This document shows positions 37,369 to 51,499 of a DNA stretch of 64,000 nt, one piece after another. Origin of the DNA: Eremomyces bilateralis CBS 781.70 (taxonomy: Eukaryota). The position numbers and the translations under genes were made by a program. The stretch is from the NCBI GenBank assembly GCA_010015585.1, contig ML975168.1; one strand, given 5' to 3'. The notes beneath the pieces are model-generated. The model ran no database searches and was not told where the DNA came from. It saw only the letters and a list, made by a program, of their open reading frames with translations. Each line of letters opens with the position of its first letter. Within the stretch, counting starts at the first letter, position 1.

Positions 37369-38093
37369 TGCGCTGGTTGGTAGACCCTAACACTGACAAT
37401 GATTGTGGAGGGTTTCGGACTTGTTGCCTATATCATAAAGCCGAGATATTGAAGTCCAGGGTCTCGTTCGACAGGTCCTCCACGCATAGTATACCTCGTC
37501 ACAACAAGAAGTAATTATGACAATAAAGTTCCGTCGTGCGCAGAATCGTGCAGATAAGGCGTTGGCTGTGGTGAAGGGATTGTAAGAACTGAAGATGATA
37601 CAAAGAGAAATTAAACTTTGGATATGGTGGTCAAGGCATGGGTGCAAGGGCAGGTTAGAATATCACTAAGATGTTAATATGGAACCAAGAAAAGAAGTGA
37701 AGTAACAGGCTGGAGCCGGTGAAGGAGAGTTGGAGTCACTCAACACTCTAAGAGGCTGGCAAGATGGCGTTATGAGAGAAGCACTGAAGATGGAGTTGGA
37801 TGGGCGACACATGACGATCGTAGCCTTCAGGGGAAGTCATGCTGCACACCCCTGTTTGTCTATCACAAGGCATAAAGGCACCAAGGCCATAAGGCCGTAA
37901 ACTCCCGAGCCGAGCTTGGCATTCTTCCCTGGAGCTCAATTGATGAACGCTTGGCTGGCGTGACATTCATGACCTCAAACCTGACCACAAACCTAACAAT
38001 TGACCACATTCACCACCACACCCACCACCACGCCTCCCTCTCCATCTCATCCTCTCAATCAATTACTCTCTACTAATTCCATCTCCTCCCACC

Positions 38094-38746
38094 ATGTCCT
38101 CCATCATTCCCCGCGCCGCCTTCCGCGCCGCGCCCCGCCTCCGCGCCCCATTCCGCCCGTCCACCGCCCTCCGCGATGCCACCGCTGCCAGCGAGCGGGA
38201 GCATAGCAAGACGGCGATGAAGAAGGAGGCGAAGCTGGATCCGGAGCTTTATGTACGTGATCCTTGGAGATAGGGGTGGTGGATGCAATTGAGGAGAATC
38301 AATGGCGCGGAGAGGGAGAAAGAAAGTGAGAGAGAGGGCTAACGTGGTGTTGTAGATCCTCGCCGCGGTCATGGTTGGTGCGGGTGGGCTTGCCGGGTGG
38401 TATTTCTGTACGATGATTCGCATCTTTGGAGATGGCGGTGGTGCTGACTTGGTGATGTAGCGACGAACCTGACGTCCGGGAGCTCAGAGTCGCCGGTTGG
38501 GAAGAAGGAGGGATCCGAGCCGTGGAAGACGGGCACTGATGGGAAATATCAGTACTACCCCGGCGGCGATGCGTCGAAGGGGGCTCGTGATGCTCCGTCT
38601 GCGGTGAATGAGTCGATCATTCCCAATGTCACGCTGCCGAAGGTTTGTGGTGGACCCAACCCCATTTAACGAGCGACTACTAATGACATCTTTAGTCACT
38701 TCACGATAAATATAACAAGTACGGGAAGGACATCTCCGAATGGTGA
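38094..38746 (+). CDS. Small single-TM, probably mitochondrial, protein; 4 exons
   Basis: Spliced product MSSIIPRAAFRAAPRLRAPFRP...KLDPELY|ILAAVMVGAGGLAGWYF|STNLT...GKYQYYPGGD...DAPSAVN..IIPNVTLPK|SLHDKYNKYGKDISEW*. Three canonical introns keep the frame, and the N-terminus is Arg-rich like a presequence. Confidence 0.8.
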
Positions 38747-39124
38747 GCGTGGAAAGTGTACGGAAAGCGTGGAGGATGTGGTTGGATTGTATCGATAGGA
38801 TCATTGGGCCTGGTTGTGGTTTCAGAGTGTATATATGATGCCGTCATTACCAGAGCTAGTTTAGGGGATCGAATAGACAGCTTGATTGGATTCATCTCGC
38901 CTAGATTGTATGTATCTCGTCTACAGCGAGGTGCGGCTGCTTCATTTTTGCTGGCAGCTTGAAGCTCAACGTCCCAGAATCCTACAATAGCCTCCGATTG
39001 ATCCTGGAGGAGGCGTTCCTCGGCTTAGCCCTCCATGGTAATGATACAACTCGTACAGAAACGAGGGATTCGATATCGGACAATAAACATATCCCTACAT
39101 CGCCAGGCCCTCCTTTATCAACCC

Positions 39125-40754
39125 CTACCGATACCTCTGATGCAACTGCCTAATCTGCTCCTCCAAACTCAATCCCTGCAAACCTCTCCCATCACCTCCC
39201 ACCGCCCCCACCGCCCCCGGGGGCACCGGCACCTGCTCCGCCGCCTGCAACTTCGCCATCTTCCGCCGCTGCTCCTCCTCCGGCGTAATGGCCTGCCCGG
39301 TGATGGGATCGAACACGTCGGAGCGCTGCGACGCGAGGCGCTTGAGGTTGTTAGCGACCTCGGCGGTGGAGAGGTTGGTGGTACTTTGGCGTTGGTCGGA
39401 GAGGGCTTTTTGTTCGCGCCAGTTGGGGTCGAGGAGTTCGACTGGGATAAGTTGTTAGCATTGCTTCAGATAATATGGTATGGTGCTTGAAAGGGGGGGA
39501 CAACTTACTCTTCATATGGTTCTCCCATTCCTCCGCCGGGATCACCTGCTTGCAATTCGGGCAAAGATACCCATTCTGCTGCTGTCGCTTCGCCTGTGCA
39601 CGCGGCACATAGTCGCTCCGGATCTTCATCGTCCCCGGACCGCCCTTCGCGGCTGCCTGCGCTTGCTGCGCGCGTTCGTTGGCGGCCATCTGCTCGCGGA
39701 GGCGGTCGTTTGGCGCGTGGGATGCGGCGGCCATCGGCATGGGGGGGCCCATTGGTTGGGGCGAGATGGGCGGCTGGGGGATATGGGGTGGGGGGAAGGG
39801 CGTGGCGGCGGCGGGGGAGGGGGTGAAGTAGGCTTGTTGCATGTCGTCGGTAGGCATGGCTTCTTCGATGCGCATGGTGTGCGGTGCGAGGGACATCATG
39901 GCTTTTTGTTCGAGGGAGGCGGATTGGAGGTCGTTAAGGGAGGTGGGGGGAGGGAGCTCGGTGTGGTCGTCAGTTTCGTTGAAGAGGACGGTTTCGACGA
40001 CAACGAAGTCGTGCCAGTCGATCTGCGCGTAGGAGAACCGGTCGGCTTCTTCGGCTTCTTCTTTCTGTTGGCGCTGTTGTTCTTGGTATTTGACCCATTC
40101 GGCTCGCCGTCTCGCTTTCTCCAAGACGCGATACCGGTCCGTGACGTTGCCCTGAAGCTGCTGTATTCGCCCTTTCTCCGCCTTGCCACCATTCACGACT
40201 CCCCCATTCAATAACTCCGTATATTGATCCACCAGCCGGCTGAAGTACTGATACAGACTGTGCTGCGGTCGCAAGAAGTCAAACTGATAGTTCCCCGACT
40301 CCTTCTGCGATAACTGCGTCATCCATCCTCTCCCGTTCTTCGCAACGTACAGCGCCGTCAACTTCACCACATCCAGATCCTGCGCGCTGATGTTCGGCAT
40401 CCGCGCACTAAACTGAAAGTCCGGCGGCGGTTCCGGCCCTTTCGGTTTCTCCGGCGCCTTCACCGCGCCACCCTCCTCCACGCGCCCAGCCGACACCGCC
40501 GTGCCTCTGCCCTCCTTGACCTCGCTGAGCCGCCACGCATAGAAAGGGTTGTAAGCGTCGTTTTCGCTGAGGAACGAGAACTTGGGATTCTGCTGTTCTT
40601 TGGTGCGGATTCGCTCTTCGAACACGGTGCCGTTTCGGGCCACGTAGCCGGCGGTCTTTTCGACGATGGCGCGAATGTCTTTGGGGGGCAACACGACGCC
40701 TGGAGGAGGCTTGCTAACCACCTCCTCGAACGAGGTGTCGGCGGCGGGCGCCAT
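39125..40754 (-). CDS. PRP21: Splicing factor SF3a subunit 1 (Prp21/Sap114), two SURP domains; one intron ~39508-39443
   Basis: IVEKTAGYVARNG..FEERI, LDVVKLTALYVAKNG, NYQFDFLRPQHSL, YAQIDWHDFVVVETV, HMK|IELLDPNW, NLKRLASQRSDVFD. Confidence 0.95.
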
Positions 40755-41018
40755 TGTTACGCGTTTGTGATGGATTCCTGGTTACTAACAGCGCTTCGTG
40801 ATAAGGTGGTGTTCGTTGGAGGTGTTCTAGAAGGTTGATTGTCGCGATTTCGGGGTTGATGGGGTTGCAGATTGACATTATTAGTATCAGAATCGAATGA
40901 ATGAATGATCGAATCGAAGGACCCGCTTTTTCTTTCCAGCCCTACACCTCCTCAGCTAAGAACAATGCAACTCCCCCCCAGTCCCTTGAGTTTCGAAAGT
41001 AAACATGCTGAAATCAAT

Positions 41019-43120
41019 ATGCCGAGTCTCCTGCGGCGGAGTCTTACCTGTTTCTACTGCGGAACAAAATCTAACCTCAGATTTGATGGCAAGATCAGGA
41101 AGTTCCGCTGTCAAAGTTGCGAGGCGGTAAATTATCTGGACGAGGTATGTGTATGCCTCGACAATACTCGAGAAGGTCTAATCGTTGCTGTAGAAAGGCC
41201 AAATTACAGATCCTCCGACGAATGGAACTCCGCAGAATACGCATTATGCCATTCAGGTACCGCGTCCGAGGTCCCCTGAGCTGGACGCGCAAGACACCTC
41301 CCTGTTCTGCTCGACTTGCTTGAAGAACCAATATCTCGTCACCCAGGCACTCGCATCATATCTACCCTCGACGGATGATCCTCAATATGCGGAGTTCGAA
41401 GCATCGCACCCGGAATACAAGGCGCAGCTAGAGGAGCGCTATCCCCAAGTATGCGCCAAATGCGAGCCACGAGTACGCAGGCGCATCCAGACTGCCCAGT
41501 ATGCTGCTCGGTCGGATCACCTCCGACGAGTCATGGAGCGGAATAGAGGTAGTTCAGGAACATACACTACTCCTACTACTTCGGGAGGTTCATGGAAAGG
41601 CGGTCTCGTCAATCTTTGCGGGTTGATATGGTGGTCCAGCGCCTTGGTCCAGATTGTCTGGCACTTGTCGACCTTCTTGGTTGATTGGGAGGGCTCAGCA
41701 CCCACTGTAGACGTACGACCGGAAGCAGGAACTTGTCTCCAGAATGCAATTACGACCGCCGCCCTTGACTATGGGTGTTTCGACTCCGTCCACAGGGGTG
41801 CAATACATGCGCTCATGCTTGGAATCCTCGTCATCTGGTGGAGTCCGGCGTTGAATGTGAAGTTGAGAACATCTAGGGCCCACCTTATGCGCGTAGGACA
41901 ACATATATTCATGCAAGCAGTCGTGCTAGCTATCCGGTCGGTGGCTTGGTGGACTCTGGCATATCCAACAGTGCTTGGACTTACCCTCCCTGCGTTTCGC
42001 GGCGCACACGCGTTCATGGTCCTTTTCATCATCATTGTAAGTAAACCTTGTTTGAGGATGGCCGAGATGCTAACAAGGATAGGGGATGTATCTTGGGTAT
42101 ACCGTCATGTATCTCCAGAAGCCGCCTCCGATCAAATTCAGCACCAACATAGAACCCCTGCTTCCAGAAAGAAGCCAGGACAAGCCTGAGGTGGCATCCG
42201 AGCTCAATCATCTCGAGTCATTATACCTTAATAAATCTCCGATGCGCTTCGGATCGAGCGAGACCGGACAATCAGCTTTTCCTATTGAAAATCTGGGATC
42301 TCCGATTACACCCTCTCTGGATCGCCAAAGTGCTCGGACACCATCCATATACGCCAACACTGAAGCGGGTGCATCAGATGACGACACCGAAACCACCGCC
42401 GAATACGATCCAGATAACAATATGGACTGGACACCGACGCAGCCGGATCAGCTCAGCCTTCGCCATCCGGCGTTCAGCCCTCCCCGATCCTTCCAGAAGT
42501 CCACATCCTTCTCCCCGCCCAACGCCGCATATAACCAAGCGCTCGGCGTCTCCTCTCCCAACCAATCGTTCACAACTGTCGGCGCCTCGCAGTCCAACCC
42601 CCTCCTCGGAAGCAACCCATACGAACCCTCCCCCTTCCGTGGTCCGCTTCCCGCCGCCCCGATCCACCCCAACCACAAAGCGCGCAACCCTCTTCTCCGA
42701 CAACAGTTCCGAAAAACGGGCGAGCAGACGCAGGAGCAGTTCTTGGGGCAGCTGATGAGCAATTTGGGGAGCTCGAAGCAAGTATCGCCGCAGGGGGGAA
42801 AGAAGCGCGCGGAGATGGTGCTGCAAAAACCGCAATGGGTGATGGAGGAGAAACCGAAGGATACGGGGCTCGAGTCGTTGTTTGATCGGGTGTTTACGAT
42901 TGGTGATCACCCGGCGCACGCGGGTGGGGAACAGGCGGTGGTGGGGGCGGAAAAGGGACGGGCGAGTGGCCTGGGAGGTGGGCAGCAACGCTCAGTGATG
43001 GATTCCATGACAGGAATTGTGGTGTTTGGATTACTTGCAGCGGTGTTAGGGTCCGCAGGATGGGTGTGGAGTGTCTTTGGGTCAGGGGCCGGTTCATCTA
43101 GCATAGCCGTAGAGCAGTAA
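41019..43120 (+). CDS. IMA1: Integral inner nuclear membrane protein Ima1 (Samp1/TMEM201 family), 3 exons
   Basis: LTCFYCG, FRCQSCEAVNYLDE, LFCSTCLKNQYL..QALASYLP..DDP.Y, LEERYPQVCAKCEP, several TMs, MDWTPT, PSPFRGPLP, DTGLESLF. Confidence 0.9.
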
Positions 43121-43181
43121 CTTCAATGATATCGCGCAATACGCGCTTCCTCCTCCACGTCATCCATCGCCATGATTCCCC

Positions 43182-44000
43182 CTATCTATCCAACCCCAAC
43201 CTCCGCTCCACCTCCCGCACGATCCCCGTCCACTCATACATCGCCCCATTCCCCGTATCCCCACATGACAGCGTCTTCTCCTGCGGCCGCAACAACTCCA
43301 CCCATCCCCCCACCTTCACCCCCCACTCCCCCTCCAACACCCCCACCTGCCGCCCCGTAATCGGCTGCTCCCACATCGCCGTATTCATCGCCGGCGCCAC
43401 CAGTATCAGCTTCTTCCGATACCTCCTGGTCCGCGCCTCCCCAGCTGTCTTCTCCCCCGCGTCCACCTCCACCTCCACCCCCTCCGGCACCGTCACCGTC
43501 GGCCCCAGCACCCCCTCCTGCTCCGGCAACAAGTCCACCAACCCTGTCGTATCCCACGCGCGAATCACGCTCGTCAGAAGATTATCCGCCACGCCGTGCA
43601 CCATCTTCGCCAACGTATTCGCGCTCATCGGCGCCACCACCATAACATGCGCCCATTTCCGCAGCTCGATATGCAAGATGCTGTTTCCCCGCACCCAGGG
43701 GACCGTCCACTCGTCCGCGTCCTGGTAGATGGCATCGACGCGGGGAATAGCGGCGAGGGACTCAAGGGCGGGTTGTTCAGCGGATTGGGACTGGAGGAAG
43801 TGGGTGGCGGAGGGGGTGAGGAGGAGGCGGAGGGAGACGGTAGGGTGGGCGGCAAGGGCGGCGGCGATGAGGGGGAGTTTGATGGTCGCAACAGAGCCGG
43901 AGGCAGCGAGGAGGATGTGGTGTTTGTTGTCGGTGGCGTGGGTGGAGGCGAGGAGCGGGAGGCTGGCGAGGGGGAAGGGGTTGGGGGTTGGTTGGGTCAT
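43182..44000 (-). CDS. Phosphopantothenoylcysteine decarboxylase (HFCD flavoprotein, Hal3/Cab3 family)
   Basis: HILLAASGSVATIK, ILHIELRKWAH (catalytic His), APMSANTLAK, VAPAMNTAMW, KTLSCGDTGNGAM (catalytic Cys). Both catalytic residues lie in one chain. Confidence 0.93.
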   Translation of the reverse strand: MTQPTPNPFPLASLPLLASTHATDNKHHILLAASGSVATIKLPLIAAALAAHPTVSLRLLLTPSATHFLQSQSAEQPALESLAAIPRVDAIYQDADEWTVPWVRGNSILHIELRKWAHVMVVAPMSANTLAKMVHGVADNLLTSVIRAWDTTGLVDLLPEQEGVLGPTVTVPEGVEVEVDAGEKTAGEARTRRYRKKLILVAPAMNTAMWEQPITGRQVGVLEGEWGVKVGGWVELLRPQEKTLSCGDTGNGAMYEWTGIVREVERRLGLDR

Positions 44001-44756
44001 GTTGGTCTCATGTCGAAGGATGGTTCGTTGGGTTTCGAGGTCGTGGAACTCGGAGGATATATGTGGATGACGATGGTACTACCAGTTGAATTCCACCTCT
44101 CTACCAGGCTCTTGAGGACAATGAAGAGGATCCTAATATTTCACGAAGATTACTTGCCACGAGTTGAACATGTCGTTTTGTGAAATCTCCGAAAGGGCGT
44201 GAAGGCATTGATGGGAAGTTGATATAATTACACAGACCGATGGATCTCATTTGGTTGGGTTCCCTTTATGGTATGCCGATTTGACCCGCAATATCCCGTC
44301 CACCATAGTAGGAGTTATCATCTGCTCGTAAGTATGCGAACAAACGGGCCAGTGTGATTGTCACGATATCTGTTTAACATATATTCTGGATGTTTCTGCT
44401 GGACTACGCTCTGCGTCTAAGCCACCAATGGAAGACTGGCAGCACCTTGTGGGTTTCAGCTTAACCCGAACTAGTTGGGCAGCCTAGCTTCCTCCAGGGG
44501 ATTCAAACAACCTTTAGGGGTCAATTAGAGCCACCGTATACCCAATATCAAGTCCAAGGTACCTTCTACGTCTGCCTTTCTACGATCGTGTTTGGCGAGC
44601 GAGATTCTCGACGAAGAATCAGCCAACATGTGCCTCGCTTCTCTCCATTCCACCAAGATATACCCACAAAGTCAACACTCCCGTCATCGGTGAAATAGGA
44701 ACTACGTCCCGCAAACCAAGAGTATCTCCTAGCCACGGCCAGGATGGTGATGCTCA

Positions 44757-45198
44757 TCATGCCGAACCATCCCGCGTCGCATCATCTGCCTTGCGTTTCC
44801 GCTTCGTTCCAAAAAGTGGATCATCGATAATCGCCTCCTTCACGGACGGCTTCTCAACTTCTTCAATCTGTCCATGATTCCTCATGTGGACTTTCCTCCA
44901 ATTGACCTCCCCGCCGTCCGCTTCGCGCGTCTTGGCGGCGTTCAATTTCGCCGCGCGGATGCTGACGCGGGCGTAGAAGAATAGCAATCCCGCCATGGTG
45001 AAGGCTGCTAATGGAGCGACGATTGTCTGGGAGCTTCGTGTCAGCGGGATGGCTTGGAGGTTGGCGTTCGGAATTCGCGTTCGGGAAGGGGTGGATTACT
45101 CTTGAGTTGAGGGGAAATCCCCTTCGAGATCCTGATACTGGTCGGGAGATCTCGTTGGCCTTGTCAGGGCTTCGAGGCATGGACAAGCGGCCTCCCAT
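44757..45198 (-). CDS. Small fungal single-TM hypothetical protein, 2 exons
   Basis: MGGRLSMPRS...FPLNSR|TIVAPLAAFTMAGLLFFYARVSIRAAKLNA...ADGGEVNWR. Intron GTAATC...GCTGAC...CAG is phase 0. Confidence 0.75.
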
Positions 45199-45808
45199 TT
45201 TGTTGTGACTTCTTGTGACGCATACACCGAAGGATTCGCTGTTGAATGGTCTGTTTAGAAGGGTTGGTCTGGTTACAGATGACAATTGACTTCTAAGACA
45301 GCATTTCTTGCGTGTTCTGTGCTGTTACCACATACTTTTGCCACCCGTAATTACAACAGCAATGTAATAATACAGGACTCATCTAACCACAGTATTTCGA
45401 CAACATCATGGACAACAGAGGAGCTGATGCATCATGAATCTGATGGATGATGTCGAGTTTGAAATACGGGCCGTGCTTGGGAACTGCACGCTGCTGACCA
45501 ATCAGCAATAGCGCCAGCCGGCAATATAATTCTGGACCCTCTACCTTTAACCACATCTTCATCTTACGGCGAGATCAAGATATTCCCTCTTTCCTGCTTA
45601 CAAGTTAGCCTACCTGCCCTTTAGTCCAGACCTCTGAACCCTCCGGATCCCAAGCACATCTTAACTCCGACAGGAACCAGCGCGATATCCCATCCTAATC
45701 ACGTCATTGTGCTTCATTCTCCCTGCAGCATTACCGGGTATTTGTCAAGAGAATTCACCCGAGTGGCAATCTCCTCAGACATTCGCAAAGGATCTATAAA
45801 TTCGTTAA

Positions 45809-47388
<1,580 letters not shown>

Positions 47389-47820
47389 TGGTCTTGGTTC
47401 GGCTTGGACTAATAGCGTACAGACCGACCACCAAAACACTTCCCTGTTAGACTGTGACATCCCTATTTGAAGACATGCTCATAAGGGTGCTGTACGGTGA
47501 ATTCTCCTGAGTGTCAGGATGACCATTGTCCCATAGAGTTAGATGTTGCCTAGTGACTGGTTTAATTAACTGACACTTTCACTTTAACTTTTTATGCACT
47601 TTTTGATTCACTTCGCTTTGCGCCGGTTGATAATTTTCACTCCAGCCTTACCACAAGTCCTTCATTCACTTTCCCTTCTCCTTTCAGTACCACCATGTCA
47701 TCGTTCGGTTGAACTCATCGCCTTTTCTATGATATTCCACTAACCTTTACAACTTCAATATCCGAAACCTCACTATCTTCTATTTCCCCCCCACGGTACA
47801 GCGACGTCGAACTCGCAACC

Positions 47821-50800
47821 ATGACTGACCTCGCAATGGACATGCGGAATTCCACAATTCTACCTCCTGAGACACCGAAGGTGGCTAAAAGGTCCAGAAT
47901 TCCGGTAGCTTCTTATCAGGAGATGTCTGATTTCGACTCCCCGGGAGCCCGTATGACCCCAAGTGCGATTCCCGTCAATCCAACTTCATCAACCCTATCT
48001 TCAATCGAACCAGTCTCACCTCTCTCACCTCTCTCATCCCCCATCTCTTCGGCGGATAGCCCTCCCTCTGAAGATTCATCACTCCACCTTGACTTGGATA
48101 TCATTGAATGTGCCCTGAGTCCATTTTCTTCAAGCTCTGAAGATTTGACGAGCTCATCTCAAGCGTTATTCAAAGAGCTCGGCTCTGAGATTGCAGACAT
48201 CATGGATCTCTACGGTGGAAAGCGGAAGAAATACGAGTCTGGGGCGACGCTCCGTGCACCTAGCAGCGGTGTCTCCTCTAGGCGCCAGAGCCAAGCGACA
48301 ATCACTCAAACCGAAGGACCTCGCGTTGAGAAAGCGAAGCGGCGAAACTCTCTCCCTCCTTCAAAGCATTTACCAGAGCCGGGATGGCTGACAAATGAAG
48401 GCGATGACAATTATGAGTCTTCTGACTGGGAGACATTGCCAGGTGATGGCGAACCAGCACATCCTTTCACTTCGGAGGCTGACAATTTCACTTATGGTGA
48501 TGATTCTCACTTGTCTGAAACTACGGGCATTCAATGGGAACCCTCCCAGAAACGCAGAAAGCACCACAAACGATGCAAGAGCTGTTCCTCAGGATTATCT
48601 GAAGGGAGTACTGCCGCAGGCAATGATGTTGGCGAGCAGGACAACATTTCAGCCTCGCCAACAGGTGTCGACGCCATCCTTGGAAAACCACTCACGTGGA
48701 CTCAGTTCATGGACCTTCTGAACGAACCAGGGATGGAAGCCGTGAACAACGTATATGGCGTTAATCAGAGTCTTACAGCGATCCGAGAGTCACTGGAAAA
48801 GTTCGATCCAAGCGGACGAAGACTTCTTTCATATCCGGAGTTTGCCTCAATTCTGCGGAGGTCTATTCTCATTCCCAGTTCCAACCGTGCATCTGCTCCG
48901 GTAAATGCACTGCCGACGAGGACGTCAATTCACGATGCTTCTCGAGCGAACCATGCATCACGCTCATCAAGTGCACCGCAAGCGAGGGTGTCAGATTACG
49001 GAGTGACAGCGGTGCAACAAACCCAGAGCTTTGCTGTTGACTCTTTTAGTCAAAGGCAAGGACAAGACATTCACACGAACGCACGAAAAGAAGCTCCAGG
49101 GGCCCTGTATCTTCCCCCCCTTGATTTCTTGAAACCCGTCAAATACAGTCCTGGAAAAGTCAAAGACCATCGAGATTCAGTTGGTGTTGAAACGGTGCCG
49201 GCCCCTGACGACCACCAGGATCAAATCAAGCTAAATGGCAAACAGGCTCTGCTCTCTCCACTACTTGCCGATCAACCTGCAGAGCCTATGTTTGACCGAC
49301 AGAGCGTTCATGGGCATGATGAACAACTGGAAGATGACTCACATGCAGAACAATCAGTCACGGGACGTGAATCCTCCCTTCAGACCATCAACGAAGATGA
49401 AGACCCATTCAACGACACTCAACAATCCGATATTCTACCACCAATCCCCCCGCGCAATCCCAAACGGCTGTCTTCATTCCGCAACTTGAGTGGATCTTGT
49501 CCTTCCAGTTTTCCTCGTGCGCCTACTCCTGATACGCCTAGCAAAGTACCTCACAATGCCTCCTCTAGAACAATCTCAAATGCAGGACCTTCAGCTGGCT
49601 GCGGTAAACTAGAGGGCACTGAGAAAAAGCCGACGGGGACCGTGGCGCATCGCTCTGTGCAAAGTCTCCGGGAAAGGTGGACTCCAAGACGATCTGTATC
49701 GGACAGTGTCGTGCCTGTGCGATCGTCTGCGCGATCGTCTGCACCGGTTTCTACTCAGCAGTATCGGCAGACGAGCTCAACCACTGGAAGTTATATAGCA
49801 GGTGTTGCTACAGGGAGCGCCCAAGATGCAGTCACACCAAGAACTTCATCTGCGAATCCCGCGCATAATCAGCAAACAATGGGACTTTCTTCCTCTCATG
49901 GTCAACCGGGCTCTGGCTACGACCAGCATGGCAACCAACAAACCGTCGCCGCTGAACCCACCGAGGACAGTGATGACGAACCCCAGACCGCCCCTTCCCC
50001 ACCGCCCTCGAAATTCACCCCCGTGCAGCTCCCCATCAGTACTAAAGCTAGCCAACTCCTCGTCGGAAACTGGTGGGTCCAGCAAGCCCAAGACCGCGTC
50101 ATGGCGGAGCGCGAGCGCAAGCGGCAAGAAGAACAGGAGGCCAGGCGCGCCGCCAAGCGGGAGTCCATGCAGCGCCTCACCTCAGCCGTCAAGCGAACCA
50201 CCCAGGGCGTCAAGCGCCGTCTCTCCTTTGCCAACGGCTTCGGTAGCCCGCGGAACAGCTTGGACACTCCGCGGAAGAGCGAAGAGTCGACGGATGCATC
50301 GCCTAAGCAGCCGGAAGGTGCGACAAGCCCGGTCAACGCGGTGGATGGCTCATACCACCCTCCCCGCCGCGTTGACGGCCAAGAAAACCTCCGCGAACCA
50401 AAGACACAGCCGCAGGGTCCGGCCTCAGCTACCCCGAGCACTCTTCTCTTCGGAAACACAAGCACTGCGGTCGGTGGAGCCGCTGCAACCTCCCCGCTCC
50501 CTTCTAGTCGTATCCCCCGTCCGGCGTTCTACGTCTCGCCACAGTTCGACAGCACCCTGTTCACCAGTCAACCGCGCAATAGCTTCCGTCGACATATCGG
50601 CCCCGAGGCGATGCGGCGGGCGCAGGTGGGGCGCGGAATTGAACACCATGAGAATCTAGCGACGGCGACGGCGGTCCCGGCTGAGATGGCAGCGGCCCCA
50701 GTGGAGGAGGTACCAGCGCCGGAGCCGCAGCCGGAGAGGGTGTGGCGAGCGTCGCTTGTGGAGAGGGGGTGGATGGCAGTTGAGGGAACAATTGTGGATG

Positions 50801-50868
50801 AGAGGAAGGTGCCAAGGAAGAATGAGGAGAGTGATGATGCGGAGTCGTTTGATGCGAGGCGGCATTGA
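47821..50868 (+). CDS. Hypothetical 1015-aa Ser/Pro-rich, largely disordered protein, intronless
   Basis: 3-kb uninterrupted ORF with a PPIPPRNPKR motif and a short charged coiled-coil. No recognisable domain. Confidence 0.8.
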   Translation: MTDLAMDMRNSTILPPETPKVAKRSRIPVASYQEMSDFDSPGARMTPSAIPVNPTSSTLSSIEPVSPLSPLSSPISSADSPPSEDSSLHLDLDIIECALSPFSSSSEDLTSSSQALFKELGSEIADIMDLYGGKRKKYESGATLRAPSSGVSSRRQSQATITQTEGPRVEKAKRRNSLPPSKHLPEPGWLTNEGDDNYESSDWETLPGDGEPAHPFTSEADNFTYGDDSHLSETTGIQWEPSQKRRKHHKRCKSCSSGLSEGSTAAGNDVGEQDNISASPTGVDAILGKPLTWTQFMDLLNEPGMEAVNNVYGVNQSLTAIRESLEKFDPSGRRLLSYPEFASILRRSILIPSSNRASAPVNALPTRTSIHDASRANHASRSSSAPQARVSDYGVTAVQQTQSFAVDSFSQRQGQDIHTNARKEAPGALYLPPLDFLKPVKYSPGKVKDHRDSVGVETVPAPDDHQDQIKLNGKQALLSPLLADQPAEPMFDRQSVHGHDEQLEDDSHAEQSVTGRESSLQTINEDEDPFNDTQQSDILPPIPPRNPKRLSSFRNLSGSCPSSFPRAPTPDTPSKVPHNASSRTISNAGPSAGCGKLEGTEKKPTGTVAHRSVQSLRERWTPRRSVSDSVVPVRSSARSSAPVSTQQYRQTSSTTGSYIAGVATGSAQDAVTPRTSSANPAHNQQTMGLSSSHGQPGSGYDQHGNQQTVAAEPTEDSDDEPQTAPSPPPSKFTPVQLPISTKASQLLVGNWWVQQAQDRVMAERERKRQEEQEARRAAKRESMQRLTSAVKRTTQGVKRRLSFANGFGSPRNSLDTPRKSEESTDASPKQPEGATSPVNAVDGSYHPPRRVDGQENLREPKTQPQGPASATPSTLLFGNTSTAVGGAAATSPLPSSRIPRPAFYVSPQFDSTLFTSQPRNSFRRHIGPEAMRRAQVGRGIEHHENLATATAVPAEMAAAPVEEVPAPEPQPERVWRASLVERGWMAVEGTIVDERKVPRKNEESDDAESFDARRH

Positions 50869-51499
50869 GTGGATGTGCCAGAGGTGACATGTCGTTGAAG
50901 GGCGTGCTGACGAGGCCGTGGTGATTCAGCAGGACTGGCAATCCGTTTCGTTGTGCGGCATGCGGATATTGCCCTCTTTGTTGACTGACTGGCCTTGATG
51001 GATTGGTGCTCTACATGTGGCCAGAGGCGGCGGATGCCCAACTCGTATTCCCTTTTCTTCATATTACCCTTATCTTATTGTCCCCGTCGATTCCCATTTC
51101 CCTTTTCATCCGTCACCGTTTCTTCACCCCCCTCTCCTCCCCTACATGTACACTTATCCGCGTTTTCCCTTGTCAGATCGAACTACAAGATGACCGACTT
51201 CTTCAAACAGCTCGCTTCTTTGGTTCACAGCGAAGAGGTACATATCATCGGATGCTACCTCATAGGCAGTTATAGTCGGACTTCAGCATATGCTATCAGT
51301 CAGCATAGCTTATATGGTATTCTCCATAGCTCTAAAAATACAATAAAAAGATCCCTGAATTCTCAATGATCGACGTGATCATGATCTACCAGTGACTTTT
51401 GCTATTTTAGCATCATTGGTAACATCGAATCCTTTCCATCCCGATTTCTCATCTCATCGTAGTCCGTCATTCATCGTGTATCGTCAACCTACGCATCCA

